Source: Planktothrix sp. GU0601_MAG3 (GTDB lineage: Bacteria > Cyanobacteriota > Cyanobacteriia > Cyanobacteriales > Microcoleaceae). From it: a stretch of 64,000 nucleotides of DNA. The stretch is from positions 3,604,578 to 3,668,577 of the forward strand of contig CP136572.1 of assembly GCA_035193785.1 (NCBI GenBank), given 5' to 3'. This document shows, in pieces, positions 24,808-34,765 of this stretch. Numbering within the stretch: position 1 is the first letter of the stretch; every line of letters begins with the position of its first letter. The translations under genes were made by a program, and so were the position numbers. Below the pieces are notes generated by a model, which was not told the DNA's origin, did no database searches, and saw nothing but the letters and a program-made list of their open reading frames with translations.

Positions 24808-24990
24808 GAAAGGAAAGAGAGAGACGCGCCGTAGAAAGAAAGAGAGAGAGACACGCCGTGGCACGAAGGAAAGAGAGAGACGCGCCGTAGAAAGAAAGAG
24901 AGAGAGACGCGCCGTGGCACGAAGGAAAGAGAGAGAGACGCGCCGTGGCACGAAGGAAAGAGAGAGAGACGCGCCGTGGCACGTCTCTAC
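24808..24990 (+). repeat. Tandem array of five truncated REPs plus one full REP, with GA-rich linkers
   Basis: Six GAGAC(G/A)CGCCGT units; the last is complete (...GGCACGTCTCTAC). Confidence 0.85.
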
Positions 24991-25014
24991 GGTTTTTGAT
25001 CAATTTTTGGGTAT

Positions 25015-26194
25015 TTAAACCGTGGCTAAATGGAAGGATACACCTAGTCCAGCAGCCATTTCTTCGGCGGTAATTTGACCATCATTATCTTGATCGAGGG
25101 CATCAAATACGGCGTCTGTTCCTGACCATTCTTCCCGGGTAATATAGCCATCTCCATCTAAATCATAGGCGCGGAAAATGTCTTCAGCCGCATGGCTAAT
25201 TACTTCTTCACCTTCTAAACGAGCTAGACGTTCAGCTAAGAATTTTTCTAAGGCTTCTAAGGCTTTAGAAAACCCTTTAATTCCTTCTTCTAATTTTTCC
25301 GAAGCCATCCGATCTTCGGCGTGCATTCGGTTAAAAGTCTCTTGATCAATGGAGATTTTTTCCAGGTCTAAACTGGTGGCGGTTTCGGGATTGAGTTTCC
25401 GGGGAAGGTCGCCAATAGTTGATTGTAATTCTTCTAAGAGGGCGGGAGAAATTGTTAATAAATCACATCCGGCCAACTCGGTAATTTCCCCAATATTACG
25501 GAAACTCGCTCCCATCACTTCTGTTTGATAGCCAAATTTTTTATAATAGTTATAAATTTGGGTAACAGATAGAACGCCGGGGTCTTCTTCCGGGGGGTAG
25601 GAATCTCGTCCGGTGTCTTTTTTGTACCAATCTAAAATCCGACCGACGAAGGGAGAAATTAAGGTAGTTTCCAGCTTCTGCACAGGCGATCGCTTGATGA
25701 ATCCCAAATAATAGGGTTAAATTACAATGAATTCCTTCTTTTTCTAGGACTTCGGCGGCTTTAATCCCTTCCCAAGTGGAGGCAATTTTAATTAGAATGC
25801 GATCGCGGGCAATCCCAGCCGCTTCATATTGCGAGATAATATAGCGACCTTTAGCAATGGTGGTTTCCGTATCATAGGATAACCGAGCATCGACTTCCGT
25901 GGATACGCGCCCGGGAATAATGGCTAATATTTTTAATCCAAAAGCCACGGCCAACCTTTCAAAAGCTAAATTTGCCACTTCAGCCGGCGAAGCACTTCCC
26001 CCCAACTCCTGACGGGCTTTTTTGAGAGTATCATCCACAATACTTTCATATTGGGGCATTTGGGCGGCGGCAGTAATTAAGGAAGGGTTGGTAGTTGCAT
26101 CTCTAGGGGTGTACATCTCAATGGCTTGGATATCTCCAGTATCCGCCACGACAACGGTAATTTCCCGTAGTTGTTCGAGTAGAGTTTGTGCCAT
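25015..26194 (-). CDS. tal: Transaldolase with C-terminal EF-hand pair (fs 25667)
   Basis: [58 protein letters not shown] and [12 protein letters not shown]. Confidence 0.95.
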
Positions 26195-26608
26195 TATTTT
26201 CCGTCCTCTATTTAAGTCGCTAATCATAGCAGAGTATAGCAAATCCGTTCTATAAAACTTACCCAAAATTACCAAGTCAGACCAAGATAGATTTTCTTCT
26301 AGTTCTGTCTAGTTATGGGTAGAAATTACTGAACTATTCATACCCCATAATAAAGTTTAGTTGAACCTCGACGAATAGATCAATATAAAAGATTAGGCTG
26401 ATCCCGATAATTCACCAAAAAGCGATCATCATGGTTTTGCCATAATTTAGGGTCAAAAGCCTGGAAATTCGTCAACCTTAGTATCAAGATTTTATAAAAT
26501 CTACGAGAATATACGGAGTTGACCTCATTAAAATGAACAATTGTGCTTTTAATTGAGGCAAGTTTGCTGTAAAATTTGATCATATTTTTTCATAGTGTGA
26601 TTAATAAT

Positions 26609-27304
26609 ATGTCCTTAACACCTGCTCTGGATTCGTCTAATTCCGTTACTGCTACGACGGGAATAATGGATAAAACTCGCCTCCTTCTGACCTTATGGGC
26701 GATGAGTGGGACGGATGGAGAAGTCAAAAAAAGTGAATTGACCAGTAAAGTTAAGCAAAAACGCAATAACAAAAAAATTGGCGTTGCCCAAACGGTTTAT
26801 GAAGAATTAAAAGCGATGGAAGCAATTAAGATTTATAAGCAAAATCAAACCCCCATGGTATCGATCACGGATACGGGAAAACGAATGTTAATTGATGCTT
26901 TAAGCAGTCCAGATTTTGCCTTTGATACCACGGTGATCGCCTCTCGGTTAGCTAATGGATTAGTGGGTTTAATTAGAGAATTAAATTATGGGGGAACCCT
27001 CGCCCCGTCGGTTAAACAAGTGACTATTGCTTCTTATCAAGAGTTTAAAGCGATCGCCCTTCAAGTATACGATCAATTAAATAAGGATTATAACTTCGAT
27101 AATTTAGTCCCGATTTATCGCATTCGTAGGACTATCGGTGCTCAAGTTACTCGTTCACAGTTCAGTGAATGGATGTTAGAAATGCAAGCTAATGATATTT
27201 TTCAATTGATGGAAGGTAGCGTAGAAGATAGCGCACCAGACAAAATTGAAGATTCCATCACAACAGAACTAGGTCGATTACGCTGTTATGCCAAACAGTT
27301 ATAA
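26609..27304 (+). CDS. Winged-helix-type DNA-binding protein, RcaD-like
   Basis: N-terminal wHTH-like region (VSITDTGK wing); C-terminal LNKDYNFDNLVPIYRIRR...TRSQFSEWMLEMQAND resembles cyanobacterial RcaD-type proteins (from memory). Confidence 0.55.
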   Translation: MSLTPALDSSNSVTATTGIMDKTRLLLTLWAMSGTDGEVKKSELTSKVKQKRNNKKIGVAQTVYEELKAMEAIKIYKQNQTPMVSITDTGKRMLIDALSSPDFAFDTTVIASRLANGLVGLIRELNYGGTLAPSVKQVTIASYQEFKAIALQVYDQLNKDYNFDNLVPIYRIRRTIGAQVTRSQFSEWMLEMQANDIFQLMEGSVEDSAPDKIEDSITTELGRLRCYAKQL

Positions 27305-27349
27305 AACTTCTCATTTGTTCATTGTTCACTGATTCTTTTTGATTAAATT

Positions 27350-29243
27350 ATGACTGCTTCTGAGTTTAGTAATATTGACGATCTGATTCAGCAACATAAC
27401 CCTTTTGCTGGACATACAGTGGTGAGAAATTCTCAAGTTTGGAATAAAAGTTTACCCGATGCCCCCTCGATTAATGCCCATGTTTCTGATACGGTTTTTG
27501 AGGCTATTAGTAAAATAAATCAAAACTCTATGCAAACTGTAGGGATTACAGTTGTTGGTGAACGAGGATTAGGAAAAACTCAAGTTATTAGCCGCATTCG
27601 TCATCAGTTTAAACACACCGATCAAGTTTTGTTTATTTATATAGGTGAATATGGAGAAAAACTCTCTAAAATCAAAAGCAAATTTCTGGAAACCCTAACT
27701 TCCAGTTTAAGAGCTTATGGTCAAGATCAAGGAATCATGCAATGGCAAGAAATAGCAGCCCATTTAATTAATGAAGCTAAAGAATGGAAACTATACCTCA
27801 GAACAATATATTCAAAAATTTCCTGGGTGGCTAAATCGATATTCCACTAGGATTTTAGATCATTTAACAGATTTGGTTTTTCCACAAAAAAATCAAATTA
27901 TTGAAAATCCCTATATAGTCAGAGCTATTTTATGGACACTTTCTAGTCCCCACGCCATGTATGCAACTTATTGGTTATCGGGAATGGAGTTAGCAGAAAG
28001 ACAAGCTCAAGATATGGGATTACCCAACTTCAAAACGGGAGAAAAAGAAGCAGAATCTTTCAAAACGACTTGTCAAATTCTCAACTTGGTAAGCCAATAT
28101 AAAATTCCGGTTATCTGTTTTGATGAACTTGATGCACCTTATATTGATGAGTTAAGTGGCTATAGTTTGGCTCAAATTATTGGTAGTTTTACCAAAGATT
28201 TATTCAATAATATTAAACAGGGTTTGCTAATTATGGCAATGTATGAGCAAACTTTGTCTCGTCAGATTAAAGTTTTACCTGAAGCTTATGCGATTGTAGA
28301 TCGAATTGCTAATTATCCCATTCCTGGGCAACCAATTTCCCTAAAATACCTTAATTCTGATGATGTTGTTGCTTTGGTTTATCAATGGTTAAAAGAATTT
28401 TATACAGAACATCAAGTGGTTCCGCCTTTTCCTCTTTATCCATTCAAGGAAGATGATCTGAGAAAACTGGGAAATGAAAAACCCAGCACAAGAGAAGTTT
28501 TAAATTGGTGTACTGCTAATTGGAAAGTCCCAAATACTGGTACTCCTGGTACTGGAAATCCGCCACCAGAAAAAGATTTAGTTAAATCCGCTTTTGAAAC
28601 CGAAATTATTGAAGTTGAACAGAAAATTACCGACCTTTTAGAAGACAGTGATAAACTGGCTGAAACCCTTGCTTTTAGCTTTGAACGTATCATCGGACAA
28701 ACAATTGAAAATGTCAAAGTTGAAAGTATTCAAAGATTCCAACAGAGAAACTGTTATCTGCATTTCAAAATCAATGGAATAGAAAACGGTCAACCTGTTA
28801 AAATCGGATTAGCTGTGATTCAGCAATCAGGAGGAAATGCTGTTCAAGCTATTCTTAGACAACTTGTAAATTATCAAAAATTTGATTTAACGCGAGGTTG
28901 TTTAGTTCGCTCTAAAAAAATTAGTCCTACTGCCAGATTAGCACACAAATATCTCAACGAACTTCAAAACGAAAAAGGAGGGGAATGGGTTCGCTTACCC
29001 GATGGAGATATTAAACATTTATTAGCCATATATGCAGTTTACAAAAATCAAGAAAGTTATGGGGTAAAATCAGAACAAATTTTTGATTTTATAGAAAAAT
29101 CAGAATTAGTGATCGCAAATCCCCTCATTTCTGAAATTCTCAGTGACCCTTCCGGTCAAGCACCCGATGGTTTAATTGATGAAGATATTTCTATTATTAT
29201 GCCTCAAGTTACCTCTAGTTTAGATAGTGACTTAATCCTATAA
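27350..29243 (+). CDS. P-loop ATPase, ~630 aa (fs 27787)
   Basis: HNPF, Walker A GERGLGKT, Walker B VICFDELD, PLYPF; C-terminal DLTRGCLVRS domain. Confidence 0.85.
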
Positions 29244-29257
29244 ATTATTTGATTCAA

Positions 29258-30692
29258 ATGACTACAATTACAACAGCTTTCTGTTTACCCGCGCCTGATA
29301 TTGAAGCCTTGAACCAAGGTCGAAATATCTTGGTAATGCCTCGAATATTTATGAACCCAGAGCGATTTTTTGCCCTGTATCCAACGGATATAGAATTTAA
29401 TTCCTTACCCTTAGAACAATATTATCGTCCGGGTTTTGTTCCAATTGCTAAACAGAGTATTGCCGAACTTAATCAGGATAAAATTAAAATCAAAGTTTGG
29501 GCTAAATGTGAACTTTGCCAAACCCTAAATGAACCCGAAAATTTTGCAGAATTATCAAAATTAACGGTTTGGACAGAAGCAGCATTACACAAAAACCTAG
29601 AACAACGAGGTCATATTTTTCTCGCATATTTTCGCGTTTATCGACTTTCCCAACCCATAGAAATTGATCCGGTTGCTAATAGTCGGTTTATTTGCCTTCC
29701 CCATCCCATAACCGTTGATGAAAGTCAGGCAATTTTAGATGATAATAACTTTGAAAGACAATATCGAAAAATTCTCAATCGTCAACCGCCTGAACATCCT
29801 GAATTAGAGGAATTAGAAAATGCGATCGCCCCATTAATCCTAACACATCCTGATGCAAAATTCCTAAAAGATAGAATTCAAACCTTTTTAGGTTGGCAAC
29901 CTGCAAAACCTCCTCAAATTCCAGAAAACTCAAACTGGATTTATACTATTAATGAATTAGGGACAACAGCCGAAGGGGGAAAATATGAAAAAGGTACAGC
30001 CTTTGAAAAAATTGTTCATCAAAGTTTAAACTTTTTAGGATTTGAACTTGATCAAAATGCTAAAGGTGGCGCCGGGGGAATGGATTTATATTGTACAAAA
30101 CCCTATCCAATGGTCGGAGAATGTAAAGCCGGACAAAGTATTCCCGCAGGCGCAACACAAGAATTAATTAGACTTGGAGGAAACCCATCTTGGTCAACAA
30201 GTATTTAATCAAGCGGTTAAATTAATTATTGGCCCTGGTAAACCCACACCACAAGTTCAGAAATCCGCTCAAGAATTTAAAATTAGTATTATTAATTCCA
30301 TGACATTAGAAAAACTGGTTAAACTCCAAGCTCAATATCCCGGTTCCGTGAATTTATTTGAACTCAAAGACTATTTACAACCCGGACAAATGGATGATAA
30401 AATAGATGAATATATCGAAATTGTAATTAATCGTTTAAAATTGCGATCGCAGATTATTAAAGCAATTAAAGAGTTAAACAATCACAACAGTTCAAGATTA
30501 AACTTACCTACTCAAAATTGTTCCGTAGTAGAAGTTAGAGTTCAACATAACGCTAAATATGAGCCTAAGCTCAATGATAATACTGTGCGAGATTTACTGA
30601 TTGAACTATCCTCACCCCTAACAGGATATCTAGGACGCACCCAGGATGATCAATTTTACTTTCTAAGAGAACTCATCATACACCAAAGCTAA
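29258..30692 (+). CDS. DUF1802-like domain fused to an Mrr-like PD-(D/E)xK nuclease and a C-terminal wHTH (fs 30180)
   Basis: IEALNQGRNIL, FALYPT, RVYRLSQP (DUF1802 pattern); GTAFEKIV...GGMDLYC...GECKAG nuclease core. Confidence 0.7.
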
Positions 30693-30711
30693 AATTTTGA
30701 TTACAATTTGT
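30682..30711 (+). repeat. Left copy of 30-bp direct repeat flanking the adh cassette
   Basis: ACCAAAGCTA-AAA-TTTTGATTACAATTTGT; 27/30 identical to 32009-32038. Confidence 0.8.
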
Positions 30712-30779
30712 TCAAGAGAAAACTCAGTTTTAATTAAGTAAAAGACTGGCCTGCTAGTCACCCATAGGAGCATTAATTG

Positions 30780-31839
30780 ATGTACAACACAAAAGCTTAT
30801 TCCGCAGCCAGTGCCACATCCCCCCTGGCTTCCAGCCAGATCGGGCGACGCAATCCAACCGAACACGACGTACAGATCGAGATCCTATTCTGCGGTATTT
30901 GCCACTCCGATGTCCATTCCGTGCGTGACGAGTGGAGCAACTTCATGCCCACGGTCTATCCAATTGTTCCCGGCCATGAGATTGTTGGCCGTGTCACCCA
31001 GGTTGGCTCGGCCGTTAGCAAGTACAAGCCCGGCGATCTCGCTGGTGTCGGCTGCTTAGTAGATTCCGACGGTACTTGTCCCCAGTGCCAAGCCAGTCTT
31101 GAGCAGTTCTGCCCCAACCAGACCCTCACCTTCAACTCCCCGGACAAGCACCTCGGAGGCGTTACCTATGGGGGCTACTCCGATAGTATTGTCGTCGATG
31201 AGCGCTTCGTTTCTGCGCGTTCCCGCCAACCTCGATCTCCCGGGCGTCGCACCCCTCCTATGCGCCGGGATCACAACCTACTCCCCCCTGCGCCACTGGG
31301 GTGTCACCCAGGGCAAAAAGGTGGGCATAGTCGGTCTGGGGGGACTCGGCCACATGGGTGTGAAGTTCGCCCGAGCCTTCGGAGCCCACGTCGTCGTCTT
31401 CACCACCTCACCGAATAAAAAAGAAGACGCCCTCCGCCTCGGTGCCCACGAAGTGGTCATATCCAGCAACGCCGAAGAAATGCAGCAACACGCTGGTAGC
31501 TTAGATTTCATCCTCGACACCGTATCCGCCGATCACGATATCAACGCCTATCTCAACCTACTCACCCGCGACGGCAATATCACCCTGGTGGGCGCACCCC
31601 CCAAGCCGTTCGATATCGCAGCATTCAGCCTGATCATGGGCCGTCGCAGTCTGTCCGGCTCTATGATCGGTGGCATCGCCCAAACCCAAGAGATGCTCGA
31701 CTTTTGCGGCCAGCACAACATCACCGCAGATGTCGAAGTTATCCCCATCCAGAAGGTTAACGAAGCCTACGAGCGACTACTCAAGTCCGATGTGAAGTAC
31801 CGCTTCTGTATTGATATGGCATCACTTAAATCTGAATAG
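30780..31839 (+). CDS. Zn-dependent NAD(P) alcohol dehydrogenase, YahK/cinnamyl-ADH type (fs 31209)
   Basis: [51 protein letters not shown]; visibly GC-rich. Confidence 0.93.
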
Positions 31840-31859
31840 GGAATACTTCAACTGCGCTC

Positions 31860-32007
31860 AGTAACAGGGGAATGAGTAGAGACGTGCCATGGCGCGTCTC
31901 TGGATTTAGTAGAGACTTACTGTTGCCTGTTGCCTATTGCCTGTTGCCTGTTGCCTGTTGCCTGTTGCCTGTTGCCTGTTGCCTGTTCCCTAGTGCGTGG
32001 CGCTATA
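31860..32007. mobile_element. Composite repeat: MITE fragment, REP and (TGTTGCC)n, ending in the MITE terminal repeat
   Basis: REP at 31876-31901; heptamer run ~31921-31990; end CTAGTGCGTGGCGCTATA matches 15455-15472. Confidence 0.65.
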
Positions 32008-32008
32008 G

Positions 32009-32038
32009 ACCAAAGCTAGGGTTTTGATTACAATTTGT
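32009..32038 (+). repeat. Right copy of 30-bp direct repeat
   Basis: ACCAAAGCTA-GGG-TTTTGATTACAATTTGT. Confidence 0.8.
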
Positions 32039-32072
32039 AAAGCAGGTTGACATCAAACCCATTCGCTTGACT

Positions 32073-32667
32073 ATGAACCACCCCAGAACATCCAGTAACT
32101 TCCCGATTAACGTTGATTTTCTCCCCCCCGATGTCATCCCCTTCACCGGAAAAATTGGCATGACCTACGCCCCCGGAAAATCCCATCAAGGGATGCACCT
32201 TCTCTGGGATCGTAGTTTATATCATGACCTAGACCGCCTGCGCTATTTCTACCACACCGATGTTTTGGTATCCCTGATTGAAACCCCACGAATTCCATAA
32301 AGTCCAAATTCCCACCCTATTCCCCGAAGCCCAAGCTAGAGGGATGGAAACCATCTGGTTTCCCATTCCCGACCTAAAAGTCCCCACCTCGATGCCAGGT
32401 GTCATTAACCTAGTTCCCCAAATTCTTGACCGCGCCAAAGCAGGTAAAATCGTTGTGGTTCACTGTATGGGGGGATTTGGACGCACGGGAACGATTGTTT
32501 CTTGTTGCTTAGTTACCTTGGGTTATACTCCAGAAGATGCGATCGCCATTGTCCGCCATACCCGTGAATATTGTGTAGAAACCACCGAACAAGAAGAATA
32601 TGTGAGCAAATTTGCCCAAGCCTGGAAACGGTCATCAGTTGTGGGGGCGGGGTTACTTTGCCCCTAA
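32073..32667 (+). CDS. Dual-specificity/tyrosine phosphatase, CDKN3-like (fs 32280)
   Basis: IGMTYAPGK, FPIPD, HCMGGFGRTG (HCX5R). Confidence 0.88.
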
Positions 32668-32727
32668 TGATAACCTAGGCAACCCTTGCTTAATCTCTCA
32701 ATAAACCATAATCTTTTATTGCCAAAG

Positions 32728-33645
32728 ATGAATACACAGGAGGTAATCAGATCAGCATCTCATTATTTAGATGGCCTGTCTGGACATATTTTTGATCTGT
32801 TGGATATTTCTAAACCGATTTCTGTAGATGCCGCAGTTAATCTATCTAAAGTCATCTCCAAACTTTCCCCACTCCTGGGAAATTTGATTGAATTTAATAC
32901 AGTAGAATTTTTGAATAAACAAAACGAATTTTCCGAGTTTGGCAAGTGGCAACGGCAAGATCCTGGTTTTCCAGATACTATTTTTGTTGGAAACGTTCAA
33001 CCCATACCAGGTTTAGAAATTAAAGCCTGGTTTCCCCTCGCCACGGAAATAACAGCACGTTTCAAAGATAGTCAAAATCACTTCCAATTTGACCAGACTT
33101 ATGTTGCAATATTGGCATGGCTACCGGAAAATATTATTTATGGTAAGCCTCAAATTATTGATGTCTGTGTTGTTTCCGGTTTGTCTGTGGCTACTGCTAG
33201 AGATAATCATTATCATAACCCACCGGATTATCTGGTTTTAGAGCCAGAGGATACGACTCAGAGAACAGCAAATTTACAACAAACCAACACGAATGGCTAT
33301 AAATTTCAAGGTTCTACTGAGGAGCTTTTAGAAGCACAAACAATCATAGAATTATGGGGGAGTGAAGGAAGAATTTACAAACCAACTAGAGAATATCAAT
33401 TACAGTTACGCGAATTACTCACCCGCTACAAATATAGACTCGATACGAATTTTGCCAAGATGGATCGAATTGAACATCCAGGTATTGAGCAATTTAAACA
33501 GCGTGTCTTTAACATTGAAATGTGTGGTATGAAGATCGGGGAATGGAATAGACTTTTATCCAGCCGTAAAGAGGAAAGAATTAAGCAAGCTTTACAAAGT
33601 TATTTGGATATTAAAGAAGAGAGTATTGATAAAATTCTGGATTAA
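32728..33645 (+). CDS. Putative type II restriction endonuclease
   Basis: LGNLIEF...QDPGFPD...GLEIKAW PD-(D/E)xK core; convergent with a methyltransferase. Confidence 0.75.
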   Translation: MNTQEVIRSASHYLDGLSGHIFDLLDISKPISVDAAVNLSKVISKLSPLLGNLIEFNTVEFLNKQNEFSEFGKWQRQDPGFPDTIFVGNVQPIPGLEIKAWFPLATEITARFKDSQNHFQFDQTYVAILAWLPENIIYGKPQIIDVCVVSGLSVATARDNHYHNPPDYLVLEPEDTTQRTANLQQTNTNGYKFQGSTEELLEAQTIIELWGSEGRIYKPTREYQLQLRELLTRYKYRLDTNFAKMDRIEHPGIEQFKQRVFNIEMCGMKIGEWNRLLSSRKEERIKQALQSYLDIKEESIDKILD

Positions 33646-34694
33646 ATCTCTCTGTACCCCAGTAAAAATAGTCTGGGTCAATTTCACAGGAGTAGGCTTT
33701 TCGATTTAACTGACGTGCTGCCAGAGAAGCACTAAACAAACCTCCAAACGGTTCCCATATAATATCATTTTCATCACTGGAAGATTGAATAATCAGACTC
33801 ATAAGATCAAGAGGTTTTTGATTAAGATGTAATGCTTTACCAGATTTGGTTTTAATTCGTTCATTTCCTCGTAAAGCCGAACGTTCCCAAACATTTGTAA
33901 ACCCATGGGGACAATGAAATTTTGAGCGCATTTTGCTCCATTCTTGTTTAGTCAAAGAGCGTTGATTATCTAAGGAAAAATAGGGTTTACCTTCTGAATT
34001 ACCCTTTTCATTAGCATAATTAACTAGACGCTCAAACATTTCTGGCGGGGGAAAATACCATAAATGTCCTTGATCAAAATATTTTCTGGTTGCAGCATCA
34101 GCAACACCGCAAGCATCATTTGCGCGTTTGAGGGGTAGTCCTGAACGTTTCCATTCTTTCAGCAACCATGTTTTTAAAGGCAAATTGTTAATTGTTACTT
34201 CTCTAACATATTGAACACAAACTTCTGTAACAACTGGAAACCTACGAATTTTTTCGGTATTAACATTACCTGCAATATGACCTTTGCCTTTATTCCAAAT
34301 ATTGCAATTCACATAACGCCATCCGTATTTTTCCAGAATGGGATGAACAACAGCCCAGCCTATTTCTGAATTCCAAAACCAAAGTGTCGTACAAGGCATC
34401 GCTGCTTTTGACCAAGCTTGAATATGGGGTTTCATACCACTGAGGTAAATTAAGATGATCTGATGTATCTCCTTCAAATCCTAAAACACCATAAGCTCCA
34501 TCTGAAACAATAACAGTGGGTTGTTCCCATTGTTCATAATATTCGAGGCTATTACCTAAACACAAAGTAACAAATTCATCACTCCATTGAGAAAAGCTTG
34601 GACTTGCATCTAGTTTAACGACTTTTCCACGACCGACTGTACTCGTTGCTTTGGGTTTTAAGGTGTTGTAGGGGGGTTTGTTAGGTAAAGTCAT
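33611..34694 (-). CDS. Beta-class amino DNA methyltransferase, N4C/N6A (fs 34429)
   Basis: Motif IV variant IVSDGAYG, HLNQKPLDL, motif I WEPFGG, SCEID. Confidence 0.85.
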
Positions 34695-34765
34695 TGACTC
34701 AATTTACAGGCTAAAAAAAAGTAAAGTTTATATTGGCTTATTTTATTCTAAAATTTTAGAAAACA

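Noticed and set aside
24748..25003. Repetitive ORFs (RVSLSFLRATA...)
   Set aside because: Translations of the half-REP array.
25015..25200. EF-hand tail on transaldolase as a novelty
   Set aside because: Already known in cyanobacterial transaldolases.
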